Of a stretch of 64,000 nt of DNA, positions 12,246 through 23,692 are shown piece after piece (position 1 is the stretch's first letter; each line of letters begins with the position of its first letter). The translations under genes and the position numbers were made by a program. The notes below the pieces were generated by a model. That model was not told the DNA's origin, did not search any database, and worked only from the letters and a program-made list of their open reading frames with translations. The DNA is taken from assembly GCF_006345805.1 (NCBI RefSeq), contig NC_043001.1, positions 78,740,001-78,804,000 of the forward strand. Direction: 5' to 3'. Source of the stretch: Octopus sinensis. Its lineage: Eukaryota.

Positions 12246-12540
12246 ATAAAATAGTGTACATTTAAACACAAAGAAAACTTACATATAACAGGCAATTTCT
12301 AGACGCTAGGAGAGAATCAAAACGACCGAAAAACCATAAGATTTAAGCAATTTCAAAGGGAATGAAAAAATTTAAAAAATTACCTTAAAAAAAAAAAAAA
12401 AAAAGTAAAAGTTTTTATATTTTCATTCCTTTTAAAATTGCTTAAATTTTGTGGTTTTTCGGTCGTTTTGACTGTCTCCTAGCGAGTTGAAATTCCCTGT
12501 TATAGGTGATTTCTCTTTGTTTAAATGTACACTATTTTAT
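12246..12540. repeat. Long imperfect inverted repeat (fold-back), about 125-bp arms with A-rich spacer
   Basis: ATAAAATAGTGTACATTTAAAC...GCTAGGAGA..TCAAAACGACCGAAAAACCA...GAATGAAAA is mirrored by 12420-12540. Confidence 0.9.
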
Positions 12541-13161
12541 ATATATATATTAAATAACATATCGTCTATTGACTTTTTGTACATGCTAGTCCACTGTTAG
12601 TGAAATTTGTAAATATTTACTACCCTATATATATATATTTTTGTATGCATGTATATAGGTATGTATATACACATACATATATACATTGGTGTGTGTGTAT
12701 TTCTATGTATGTATGTGTGTATGTATGCATGTATGTATGTATGTATACACACATATATGACTGCTTTGCGCTATGAGACTGTCGGGTTGGAAAAAAATTC
12801 GGTGGGTTCAGTTTTAACTCTCTTCGGTATTTCCCACTGATAACGGCTAAAATATCTAGCAATTTAGCGTTTGGGAATCCGAAACGGAACAACAGTGGAA
12901 AAATATGGTGTTTTTACGTCTTTTACCATACAAGAGAATTATTTCTCCACGGGAACTATAGAGAATTTGCATTTAGAAGTTGGAGTATGTGACAAACATA
13001 TTTTAACCAACCTAAATTTCGTTTCTGCCGAAAGACTGGCGTTCATACCGCCGAGTACATCCATACATCCATACACACATACATTCGTATATAGGTATTG
13101 AACCAGTATTTCCCTGGATGCAACCATCCCTTCACGTGATTGACATCCTCTAATTAAGTTT

Positions 13162-13540
13162 ATAGGAGTGGCTGTGTGGTAAAAAGATTCGTTCCCAACC
13201 ACATGGTTCCGGGTTCAGCCCACTGCGTGGCATCTTGGGTAAGTATCTTCTATTGTAGCCACGGGCTGACCAGAGCTTTGAGAGTGGATCTGGTAGGCGG
13301 AAACTGAAAGAAGCCCGTCGTGTATATATATATATATGTTTGAGTATCTGTATGTCCCCACCACCATCGCTTGGCAACTGATTTTGGTGTGTGTACGTCC
13401 CCGTAACTTAGCAGTTAGGTAAAGAGGAAGATACAATATGTACTAGGATTACAAAGAATAAATCCTGGCGTCGATTTGTTCGACTAAATACAGTGCTATA
13501 GTATTGCAGCAGCCAAATGACTAAAACATGTAAAAGAATA
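13162..13540 (+). mobile_element. tRNA-derived SINE with Meta-like central domain and internal microsatellite
   Basis: GGAGTGGCTGTGTGG...GGTTCAGCCCACTG head; GAGTGGATCTGGTAGGCGGAAACTGAAAGAAGCCCGTCG domain (Meta assignment from memory); internal (TA)n; GTAAAAGA tail. Confidence 0.85.
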
Positions 13541-13550
13541 TAAATATATA

Positions 13551-13814
13551 ACAATTAATAAGAAGAATGACCACTAAAGTGGAATCCCATACGCTAGAAA
13601 TAGATATCAAATCGTCTTACCACAAAGAGTGTGTTCTTAACAAAAACCAGCAAACGCAAAAATGTAAAAAAATAAGCAAAGCAATTTTTTTTACATTCTG
13701 GCGTTTTGTGTTTTTTTCTTTTTCTTGAGAACAAATTCTTTGTGATAAGGCAATTTGACGTCTATTTCTAGCGTATAGGATTCCACTTTAGTGGTCATTC
13801 CTCTTATTAATTGT
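13551..13814. repeat. Long imperfect inverted repeat (fold-back), about 125-bp arms
   Basis: ACAATTAATAAGAAGAATGACCACTAAAGTGGAATCCCATACGCTAGAAATAG... is mirrored by ...CTATTTCTAGCGTATAGGATTCCACTTTAGTGGTCATTCCTCTTATTAATTGT. Confidence 0.92.
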
Positions 13815-13924
13815 AATATAATTTTTAAATTTTCGGATTTTTTTGAATATAGTAGACCACTAGTTTAAATAGATATTAAGTGATTAATATCAATTTCTAT
13901 TATCTGTATTTTAATTGTGCCAAA

Positions 13925-14060
13925 TTCACACACATAGATTTGATCCGCTCAGGCCTTTAGTAGATGACACATGCACAATGTAACACGTGGTGGAACTGAA
14001 CCCGAAACTATGAGGTTGAGAGACAAATTTCTTATCACATAGCCATGCCAGCGCCTCGCC
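13925..14060 (-). mobile_element. 5' part of Meta-like SINE, degenerate
   Basis: Reverse complement GGCGCTGGCATGGCTATGTG...CGGGTTCAGTTCCACC. Confidence 0.6.
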
Positions 14061-14152
14061 ACAACAATTAACATTGGGGTTACTAGCACCGCGACAATGG
14101 CCAATGTAAAATATACAGTTTTTTTTATCTCTGTGGCATCCAATATAATATA

Positions 14153-14388
14153 CAAGGTGGCCCACAAGTAGGGTTACAGTTATTCAACTACCTCTTTCGC
14201 ATTCGTATATTAACAGTTTAGATATTGATTATAAAAAAAATACGAAACAATTATTCTATGCTAATTTAGTTAATTTTGTCAAGCTCTCTTTTCAATTTGT
14301 AAGATATAAATTTAAATGTAATAAAATGTTTTAAAATATATCTAAAGTGCTTATGTGATAACTGTAAACCTACTTTCGGGCCACCCTG
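14153..14388. mobile_element. Tc1/mariner-type MITE, 236 bp
   Basis: 31-bp TIRs CA(A/G)GGTGGCCC(AC/GA)AAGTAGG(G/T)TTACAGTTAT with TA on both sides; AT-rich non-coding interior. Confidence 0.85.
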
Positions 14389-14928
14389 TATATATGTACT
14401 AGAAAATATGCTACTATTCTCCCTGTATTAATCATTCGACAGCAGTGTAAAACTAATGATGATAAAGTAGGTGGTATATTCTTAGGAAAGATATTCTAAA
14501 TTTTATAGTTACGTAGTTATAAAGTCTACTTTAATTACATAAAACAGCTGTTCGGAAGAGACAAATACAATTACCTAATAGATTAATTAATTCTGGTAGT
14601 ACTAATTTAGATGGTGGTACTGATTTAGACAGGAACAACTTGATATGAAATAATTTGGTTAAAGACGGAATTGTTCGGCCCACATAAAATTGTGCGTAGT
14701 ACTCATCTCTGCTCGTAGTTTTATCGTGTAATGTGCGTGCTGCTAACTTTCGTATTTTTAGTCCACAACCCCTCAATTTGTAAAGAAGTAGGACTATAGT
14801 ACGAAATTAGCTGATTAAATGCTTTGAAGCTACGATGAATTTGCATTAGGATAACATAGTTACCAAGACGTTTTCAACATAAATTGTCATTTTGCATTTT
14901 CATCATTTCTATATTGTCTCACTATATA

Positions 14929-15115
14929 GGCGTAGGAGAGGCTGTGTGGTCAGTAGCTTGCTTACAGCCTCCAACTTCCGGCTTCAGTCCCACTGCGTGG
15001 CACCTTAGGCAAGTGTCTTCTACTATAGCATTGGGCCGAGCAAAGCCTTGTGAGTGGATTTGGTAGACGGAAACTGAAAGAGGCCTGTCGTATATATGTA
15101 TATATATGTATATAT

Positions 15116-15180
<65 letters not shown>

Positions 15181-15365
15181 GTGTATGTGTATGTGTGTGT
15201 GTGTGTGTTTGTGTTTGTCCCACCAACATCACTTGATAACAGATACTGGTGTGTTCTCGTCCCCGTAATTTAGCGGTTCGGTAAAAGAGACCGATAGAAT
15301 AAATACTAGAATTACAAAGAATAAGTCCTGGCCGCAATCAAATGACTGAAACACGTAAGAGTAAA
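14929..15365 (+). mobile_element. Meta-like SINE, full length
   Basis: Same structure as 13162-13540, with an expanded internal (TA)n(TG)n. Confidence 0.85.
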
Positions 15366-16299
15366 ATTGAAAGTATATTTTTACCTGTCCTCTCTCCACA
15401 CGTTTCTATACACATATAAATTTGTGTGTATATGTGGATCTATGTTGTATCGATACATGTGTAGTGTAGTGTTTATTAAATAGCTGTCGAAACGCACTCC
15501 TTCCTGTTATTCCTATTCAATATATATATGTGTCTGTCTATTTATCTATCTCCTTATATATATATATACATACATACATACATATATACATAATGTTAAT
15601 AAGAACCACAAGTCGTTTTTAAACAATGCAACCCAGAGTTTCCTGGTCGAAATATTAATTTCTTTTGCCATTGTTCAAGCTGCGAAGACCGTTTGTCACT
15701 TGCTTTTTAAGCAAGCAAACGACGTTTAAACAAAGGATGGTGATAAGGAAGAAAGCAAAAAGTAAAACTCAAGCGAGATAATCAACGCCGCAGTAAACAA
15801 ATGTAAAAAGACATGCTCTCTTTAAAACTTATATCTCTTCAAGAACTTAAAATGCCTCCAACGACTACGTAAGTTCCAGGAACGAATTTTTTTCTCTATG
15901 TCCACATATGAAGAAAATAAAAAAAACACAAAAAAAACATCATGGCGAAATTTAAAAATTCCTCATCAAACACGTAGTCAAATATTAATAACTTGTTTAC
16001 CATTTTCGATATTTGCTCATTGTAATGTTCGTTATCTCCTTTGTGATTTTCCTCTTGTCTTCTTCTTTATCAGCGTCCCTTGTTTAAGTGGCATCTACTT
16101 ATAAAAACAACTGACAATGAGTATTATATTCAGCTTGAAAAATGGCGAAATAAATTTACGTTTCGACTAGTAAAACTTGGGTAGCTGTATTTAACAAGAC
16201 TTGTGGCTTTATTATAACGTAAACGTTACAATCTTAGCTGATCGAGTTCTATTCTAATTGTTGAAGCCTTTCCAAATAGTTACAAATGAGTGTGTGTGC

Positions 16300-16332
<33 letters not shown>

Positions 16333-16341
16333 ATATATATA

Positions 16342-16488
16342 CTTTATTCAAAAGCAGCAGAAAATTAAAAAAAACCTGTTACTCTGAGTTACACGTTCCC
16401 GTTCGTCGGACAAAAACTGTCCGACGAACGGGAACGTGGAACTCAGAGTAACAGGTTTAGTTGAATTTTCTGCTGCTTTTGAATAAAG
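16342..16488. repeat. Near-perfect palindrome (71-bp arms, 5-nt loop); each arm carries a hammerhead-like motif
   Basis: Arms 16342-16412 and 16418-16488 differ at 4 positions; right arm reads CTGT-CCGACGA-ACG GGAA CGT-GGAA-CTCAGAG-TA-ACAG. Confidence 0.92.
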
Positions 16489-16557
16489 CTTATTACTCTA
16501 CCACTGGCATTTGAGTACTCTTTTTTCCACCTTGTTTCACATTTATGTGTTTACTCC

Positions 16558-16613
<56 letters not shown>

Positions 16614-16637
16614 ATACATATATATAATATATATATG

Positions 16638-16680
<43 letters not shown>

Positions 16681-16917
16681 CTGTCTGTCTGTATGTATGT
16701 GCATATCTATCTATCTATCTATCTATATACCGTATTTAATCATATTAAAGGGAAGTGGAATTTAATTAAAATTAAAAACATTTAATCAAAATATATATTT
16801 CCAGTGGTCTAACGTGTAAAAAAATTGAGTCAGAAAGACTATATATTAGTCATACGATATAGAGTATATTTAAACACATTGTTTGTCTCGTGTGGATATG
16901 TTTAACCCTAGGTTGGA

Positions 16918-16991
16918 CCTGCTGAGGAAAATCAGACCTTGCAAGTTCCCCTGGACTCGCTAAAAGACGATTAGAAACCAATTGGTCCAGG
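16918..16991 (+). ncRNA. Type-I hammerhead ribozyme, canonical core
   Basis: Stem I CCTG/CAGG; CTGAGGA core; long stem II (AATC/GATT plus inner GC.AGTTC/GGACT.GC hairpin, closing position A.A); GAAA; palindromic stem III CCAATTGG; GUC cleavage triplet ending at 16987. Confidence 0.8.
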
Positions 16992-18159
16992 AAACTAGAT
17001 GGTAAATGTTTTTCATTTCCAAATTTATTCCTGTCAAATTTTATCCCCAATTTTCGTGGTTATAGAACCTAGCTGTTCTTTCTAGCATGTAGAATCCCTA
17101 AAAGTAGATTCTTTATGTGCTTAAATTTACACTGTCGTGTATATATATATATATAATATATATATATATTATATATATATATATATATTATATATATATA
17201 TATATATTCTGGGAGAATTACTTCACAAATACAGAGGTCAGTAAAGTGGAGTGCCGCACGCACAAGTGAGGATGTAAAAATGACTAAGAATATTATGGTG
17301 AATTTCGTTTGTTTATTATAAATTAATAAAACTTTTAGCTAGAGAAGAGGACACTATACACACATTGACATGAGATAGTATATTTAAGTTATAATATATT
17401 GAAATCATAAAAAATGATTCATCGTCGATGTAAGCACTACAATATTCAAAAGCAGCAACTCCTGGGTATTACCATCTCAAATACTAGGATTTATAGAAAC
17501 ACATACCCGTAGTCCTTCGGGGTATAAGTGACTGGGATAGTAACAACCTGCATAAAATCAACGCAAGTCCGTCGCAGTGTTTGTAGCAAGTCATATTAGC
17601 ACTCCTTTGCGATGGTAGCTTAATTTAGTCGTTTTGCTAAAACAAACCAATTACTGCTGGCCGCGGAAGGATACACGCGGCCCTGGCAGTAAAGCGCGAG
17701 TTTATAAACGAAAGACCAGTAGTCGAGTAGACTGGATGGTAAGCAGTTTAGATGAGCTTCGGCCTGGCAGGACTTTGATCAGAAATTAGCACTTATCGAC
17801 GGAAGGACTTCTAACTTAATGCACTGAATTTTTTTCCCAACTCATGGGAATATAATAAAAATGAACATTTATTTAATGCTCCCGAATGACGGGAACGCTG
17901 ATATCTACGATACGCAGATTGAGCAATTACTAATGAATGAACACTTGGTTCCTTCCTGATTATCGGGAAGAATTACCAGCAAATCTTCGGTAATATCTTG
18001 ATTGCACCATAATAAATTCTCAGGTTTGTTAGCCAAACGGGAACATTGTCTCCTGGTATTCTATTGTACATTTTATCCAAGCATATATTAAAATGTTACT
18101 AGCCTTCTGACAAGTACTCATTGAAATAGGTACCGCGCATTAAACATCTCCTTTGCCAC

Positions 18160-18290
18160 ATGTTATTTACTTACAGCTCATTCGACTGAGATGTTTTGCT
18201 CAAGATCACATCACATTGCCCTGCCTCTCAATCGAACCCATAATCCTGCGATCGTGAGTGCAACACTTTAACGACTTGCCTACGTTCTTT
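18160..18290 (-). mobile_element. tRNA-derived SINE head (family 4), degenerate
   Basis: Reverse complement ...GTGTTGCACTCACGATCGCAGGATTATGGGTTCGATTGAG...GTGATCTTGAGCAAAACATCTC. Confidence 0.55.
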
Positions 18291-18937
18291 CGTTAAAAAT
18301 AATTAATAAACATTAAATCATACCAAAGGTTGTGGGTTGACGTAAATAGTATGTAGAGAAAATCTTAATGATACTATGTTATTGACATGGATGTAAAATA
18401 ATGATGCTTATAATTATTCCTGAAGATTTTGAATTCATCAATTAATCGAGAGATGTTGGCGTTGCATTGATACACATTTCTAATTTCGTTATAATGTGGA
18501 ATGAATTAATGCAATGAGACAGTTCGTTGTAGCATGTCTGAGACAAACGTTAATTATTTAAATCGTCAGTCGATGTCAGTGATCTCTCTTAAATGTATGT
18601 TCATACGTACATAATACATACATACCTATGTATGCGTGTGCCGGTATACATGATATACATACATGCATACACACATACACGGTGTGTTCGAGAATGCAAA
18701 GCCAGCATAATATTGATATCCATAGCGTTGGACTGAGGTAAATAAGATGAAACACCAGTTGCTTCATACAAGGTCGGTGCCTCTGATGTAGAAAGTCGGC
18801 GTGAAGCACGATTTTTGTAGAACGAGTAGATAGGCAGATGAACACAAGTAGGATTGAAGTATATATTCTCATTGAATAGAAAATAGAGAGTACAGAATAA
18901 AGAACAGGAAATAAAGAAAAGTAGTTACGTAATAATC

Positions 18938-19000
18938 TTACCGTGACAGCTGTTTCGGGCTAACCATGACTTATATCGTTAATACACTCATAAAGTTGAA
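18938..19000 (-). ncRNA. Decayed hammerhead motif
   Basis: Reverse complement CTTTATGA-GTGTATTAAC...GTTAGCCC-GAAA-CAGCTG-TC-ACGG; 3' half is canonical with a palindromic stem III, 5' core is mutated. Confidence 0.4.
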
Positions 19001-19254
19001 TATGAAAATATATGCACACATACACACACACACGCACACGCATGCACACACATATACACAGCATTCGCATTTATGTTTGTGAGTATGTGTATGTGTATAC
19101 ATACCAGTAGTGAGTAACACTTATATGCAAAGAAATTACTGCACTTTCTCACTACGAATGTATATATGTACATATACATACATAAGTACATAGACACATA
19201 CACAAAACTGGTGGTGCCCCAGCATGATCACAGTGAAATGACTGAAACAAGTGC

Positions 19255-19645
19255 ATTATAAATAAATGTATTCTTTTATTCCTTCAATTGTTTCAGTCAT
19301 TTGTCCACGGCCATGCTGGGGCACCGTCTTTAGTCGAATAAATCAACACCAGGATTTATTCTTCGTAAGGCCAGTACTTATTCTATCGGTTCTCTTTTGC
19401 CAAACCGCTATGTTACGGGTACGTAAGCATACCGATATCGGTTGTCAAGCGATGGTGGAGGTGGGGGCAAACAGATACACAAACATATGTATTTATACGA
19501 CGGACTTCTTTTAGTTTCCGTCTACCAGATCCACTCACAAGGCTTTGGTCTGTCCGAGGCTCTAAGAGAAGGCACGCAGTGGTACTGAACCCGGAACTAC
19601 ATGGTTGAAAGGCAAACTTCTTACCACAAAATCACTCCTGCGCCT
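19255..19645 (-). mobile_element. Meta-like SINE, full length
   Basis: Reverse complement of the family consensus seen at 41894-42337. Confidence 0.85.
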
Positions 19646-19677
19646 ATGACAAACAACGAAAATGGGAGAAAAATACA

Positions 19678-19840
19678 AAGGAGCGCGGGTGTGTTGTAAG
19701 TAGCTTACTTGTCAAACGCACAGTTCCGTGTTCAGTGCCACTATACGGCACCTTCGGAGAGTGTCTTCTACTTTAGCCTCCGACAGACTAAAGTCTTGTG
19801 AGTGGATTTGGTAGGCGGAAACTGAAAGAATTCCGTCGTG
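19678..19840 (+). mobile_element. Meta-like SINE, 5' half
   Basis: Head and GTGAGTGGATTTGGTAGGCGGAAACTGAAAG domain, ending in (TA)n. Confidence 0.75.
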
Positions 19841-19960
19841 TATATATATATATCTATATATATGTAAAATATATATGTTAGCGAGTTTTATTTTTTTTTA
19901 GACTTTTCACTACCAGTAGCCTAGCATGTATAAGAAATCAATAGACAACATATTCTCCAT

Positions 19961-20126
19961 ATAAAATTAGTGTACATTTAATTACTCTACATTATATTTT
20001 TTATTCCCTTCGAAATTGGTCTGAAATGTAGTTTTGTTCGTTTTGACTGCTTCTTCTAACGTGTAAAGCTGTCTGTTAAAGGTCGCCTCTCTTGTGCTTT
20101 AATGTTTAAATGTACACTAATTTTAT
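19961..20126. mobile_element. 166-bp element with 21-bp perfect terminal inverted repeats, related to the 12246 fold-back
   Basis: ATAAAATTAGTGTACATTTAA at 19961-19981 and its complement at 20106-20126; interior is similar to the 12246 arms. Confidence 0.7.
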
Positions 20127-20137
20127 ATATATATATA

Positions 20138-20733
20138 AACATACCAACAGCGGTTGTCAAGCGATGGTGGTGGGGGACAAACAAACACCCAAACATATAT
20201 ATAGGTATGTTAAAATATGTTGTCTATAGTGGTAATAACGACAGCATTTCTAATAACAGTGGTAGTATTGATGATAACAACCCCAGCATTCCTATAGTCA
20301 GGGAAATTACCGACGATAGTACAATTGATAGTAATGATAATAATATGAATAGTATTGTGGTCAATGCTAGCAATAATATTAACACCAATCATAACAATAA
20401 AAGATCCGTCTTAGTCTCGGAGGTAAACCCTAACAGATTAAAGTTCTTATCCAGCAATTCCAAAATTAGAAATTCCATTTACCAGTGCAAAATTTCTTCC
20501 GGTACCGATGACTTCTTCTACATTGGGGCAACTACTTCTAAATTAGCCCACATGATCTCCAACCATTATTGAACTTTCCGAGATAAGAGAAAACAACACA
20601 GCACAGGACTAAGTAAAATAGTTTGGCGTCATAAGGACAGTAATACAACTTTCAAGCTGGAATGGTCCATATTGTCTGTATCCGTTTGATAAGGGCAGAA
20701 AATTTTGTGGCAAGTACCTAATTCAACTAAATC

Positions 20734-20777
<44 letters not shown>

Positions 20778-20895
20778 CCAACAACGCTTTGGCCGTCCCG
20801 GGGACATACACTCGCCCAAGATATCCCAGATGTGGGAACGAACCTAAGACCACATTGTTAGGAATTTTCTGACTCATACACCTACGCCTGTTTCC
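20138..20895 (-). mobile_element. Meta-like SINE split by an insertion at its internal (TA)n
   Basis: 3'-half fragment at 20138-20195 and 5' half at about 20765-20895, same orientation, bracket the PLE fragment. Confidence 0.55.
20200..20735 (+). pseudogene. PLE GIY-YIG endonuclease relic with Asn-rich linker
   Basis: IYQCKISSGTDDFFYIGATTSKLAHMISNHY*TFRDKRKQHSTGLSKIVWRHKDSNTTFKLEWSIL: IY...YIG, NH..F, ST.LS..VW and W.IL motifs; in-frame stop at 20570-20572. Confidence 0.8.
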
Positions 20896-21689
20896 TATAG
20901 ATTGTGTACAATCATTAATAAGAAATAATTATAAGCGTAAAGTGATTATATCCGTTGAATATAACGTCACAGAATGATGGATTTCGTAAATTATATTTCA
21001 TATCAGTTAGTTATTTAATATTCATCACGCTATACACAATCCCAAACATAAGGGTACTTGTACAGGCTTGTAATTAATTTTTCTTAATCTATAGTAATAA
21101 GATATAATTATTACAAGCTTAATTAAAAGAATCGTGCTTTATCAAATAATATTTCGAGAGATTGGCAGGTGCAGGCATCAAGAATTTTCTAAATTAATTG
21201 TTCTTTGTTGCTCCAATGTCGTATTGTCTAAGAAAACAAATAAAAATACTTGTGTCTTTCATATTTTATTAACCGTCCGTCACACACTAACCACTATGCT
21301 AACCCTTTCCACTTCTAATATTTCAACAGCAGAATGCCTATAGTAGATCAATGAGCCGTTTAAACATGTTTTGCCAACGGTATCCCGGCAATAGTTGACA
21401 TGCATTTTTCAAAAAGAACGTTAACTTTGTTGATCATGTCGTTTCCAGAATACTCACGAAATCCATAAGGAGGGCTGTCTCGACAGTACAAAGACATTAA
21501 AATATATCATCCGACCTAGTATTCTCAGGAAAAGAGGAATCATGTAGATTAATAGATTTTGGAGCAAGGCCAACGATTTCGGGGAAGAGGGTAATTCAAA
21601 TACATCGACCCCGCCAGTGCTCAGTTAGTACCTATTTTATCGATCCGAAAGTGTCATAAAGCATATCGGTCTCCCTAAATTAGGGCACA

Positions 21690-21941
21690 CTCTCTCTTTT
21701 ACTCTTTTACTTGTTTCAGAAATTTGACTGTGCACATGCTGGAGCACCGCCTTTAGTCGAGCAAATCGACCCCAGGAACCTATTCTTTGTAAGCCTAGTA
21801 CTTATTCTATCGGTCTCTTTTGGCGTTCCGCTAAGTTACGGAGATGTAAACACACCAACATCGGTTGTCAAGCGATGTTGGGGGGACAAACACAGACAAA
21901 CAAACATATATATACATACACACACACACACATATATATAT

Positions 21942-22018
<77 letters not shown>

Positions 22019-22158
22019 GACGGGTTTCTTTCATTTTCCGTCCACGAAATTCACTCACAAGGCTTTGGTCGGCTGAGGCTATAGTACAAGACAGTTGCCC
22101 AAGGTGCCACGATATGGGATTGAACCCGGAACCATGTGGTTGCTAAGCAAGCTACTAC
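21690..22158 (-). mobile_element. Meta-like SINE, full length, with about 110-bp internal (CA)n/(TA)n
   Basis: Tail CTCTTTTACTCTTTTACTTGTTTCAG through head ...GCAAGCTACT. Confidence 0.88.
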
Positions 22159-23191
22159 GTAAAAAAAAACTTTGGTATATTACTTGCATGAATTAAAAAT
22201 TTAGAAGATAATTCGGACTTGAATATATGAAGCGTTATATCTAAGTATACAATGAGCAAATGAATAATTTAGAAGTTATGTTGCTCCCCAATGAGGAGGT
22301 CATGGATCACATTCGCTGGATTTTTATATAGCCGCGTTCCAGCTTAAATCATGTGACTAAAATTGAGCTTGATGGAATCGGGGTGACATTCCCAAGGGTT
22401 GGATGGTAATCTGTGATTCACATGAACAGGATGTCAACGTGTGCTAGGCAGATTCTGACTGGGCACTATATCAAGGGTACACGGGTGGAATATTCAGTTA
22501 TACATTCATTCAGTAAGCTAAGTAGATTGATTTGTCAATCACGTGAATATTGTAATTCTTACCCAGATTCATATATATATATATACATATATATATGTAT
22601 GCATGTAAGTATATGCGTATGTATGTATGTATGTATGTATGTATGTATGTATGTATGTATGTATGCATGTATTAATGTGTACATATACATATACACACAC
22701 ACATATGTATATATATATATATATGAGAGTATGTATGTATGAATGTGAGTACCGGGGAGTGGGAAAGAGTAATTAATTGATTGCTTGTTCGATTCATACC
22801 CGCACAGATATTGAAAATTGGAAATGCAGAGATGTTTTGATATGTAATCGTCTAAATAAATAACTAAATAAATAAATAGGTTGAGAGAGAAAGAGAAAGA
22901 ACGATATTCATTAAGATATCAAGATGTACATGCATTATTGTAATGCATGTATATAGGTCATTAGGTAGATCGACATAATTCTCGGATGTATATATATATA
23001 TATAAACATGTGTGTGTATGCGTATGTAAGTATGTATATATGTATGTATGATGTATGTATATGAAGTGAGAAAATAAAAGACAATATGACAGTGAGAGAG
23101 TAGGTGACAAATTGAAGGTACATGTCTATGTGTATACACACACACATAGACACACATATATAAAAAAAAATAATAGTAATAATAATATATA

Positions 23192-23312
23192 AGCGCAGAG
23201 TGGCTGAGTGCTAAGAATCTTGCTTCTCATCATGGTTTCGGGTTCAGTCCCTTTGCTTGCTACTTTGGGAAAGTGTCTTCTACTGTAGCCTCGGACCGAG
23301 TGAAGACTGTCG

Positions 23313-23357
<45 letters not shown>

Positions 23358-23573
23358 CTAGTTATTTATGTGAGTTGGTCTCCCACCATTACATGACAAC
23401 CGATGTTGTTGTGTTACCGTCTCCATAACGTAGCACTTCGGCCAAAGTGACGGATAAAGTAAGTACTAGGCTTGCAAAGAATAATCCTGGCGTCGATTTG
23501 TTCGACAAAATGTGGTGCTCCAGCATGGCAGCAGTCTAATGACTCAAACAAGTAAAAGAGTAAAAGAATAAAA

Positions 23574-23578
<5 letters not shown>
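23192..23578 (+). mobile_element. Meta-like SINE, internally deleted
   Basis: Head GCGCAGAGTGGCTGAGTG..GGTTCAGTCCC; tail CCAGCATGGC..GTAAAAGAGTAAAAGA. Confidence 0.8.
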
Positions 23579-23620
<42 letters not shown>

Positions 23621-23652
23621 TGTATATATATATATATATATGCGTGTATATA

Positions 23653-23692
<40 letters not shown>

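Noticed and set aside
13593-13604. GCTAGAAATAG resembles the Cas9 sgRNA scaffold loop
   Set aside because: Only an 11-nt match forming a generic GAAA tetraloop in a eukaryotic repeat; no CRISPR array, tracrRNA or cas gene in the window.
14531-14776. Minus ORF containing FYVGRT (GIY-YIG-like)
   Set aside because: Only one short motif, with no supporting NH..F or W.IL motifs.
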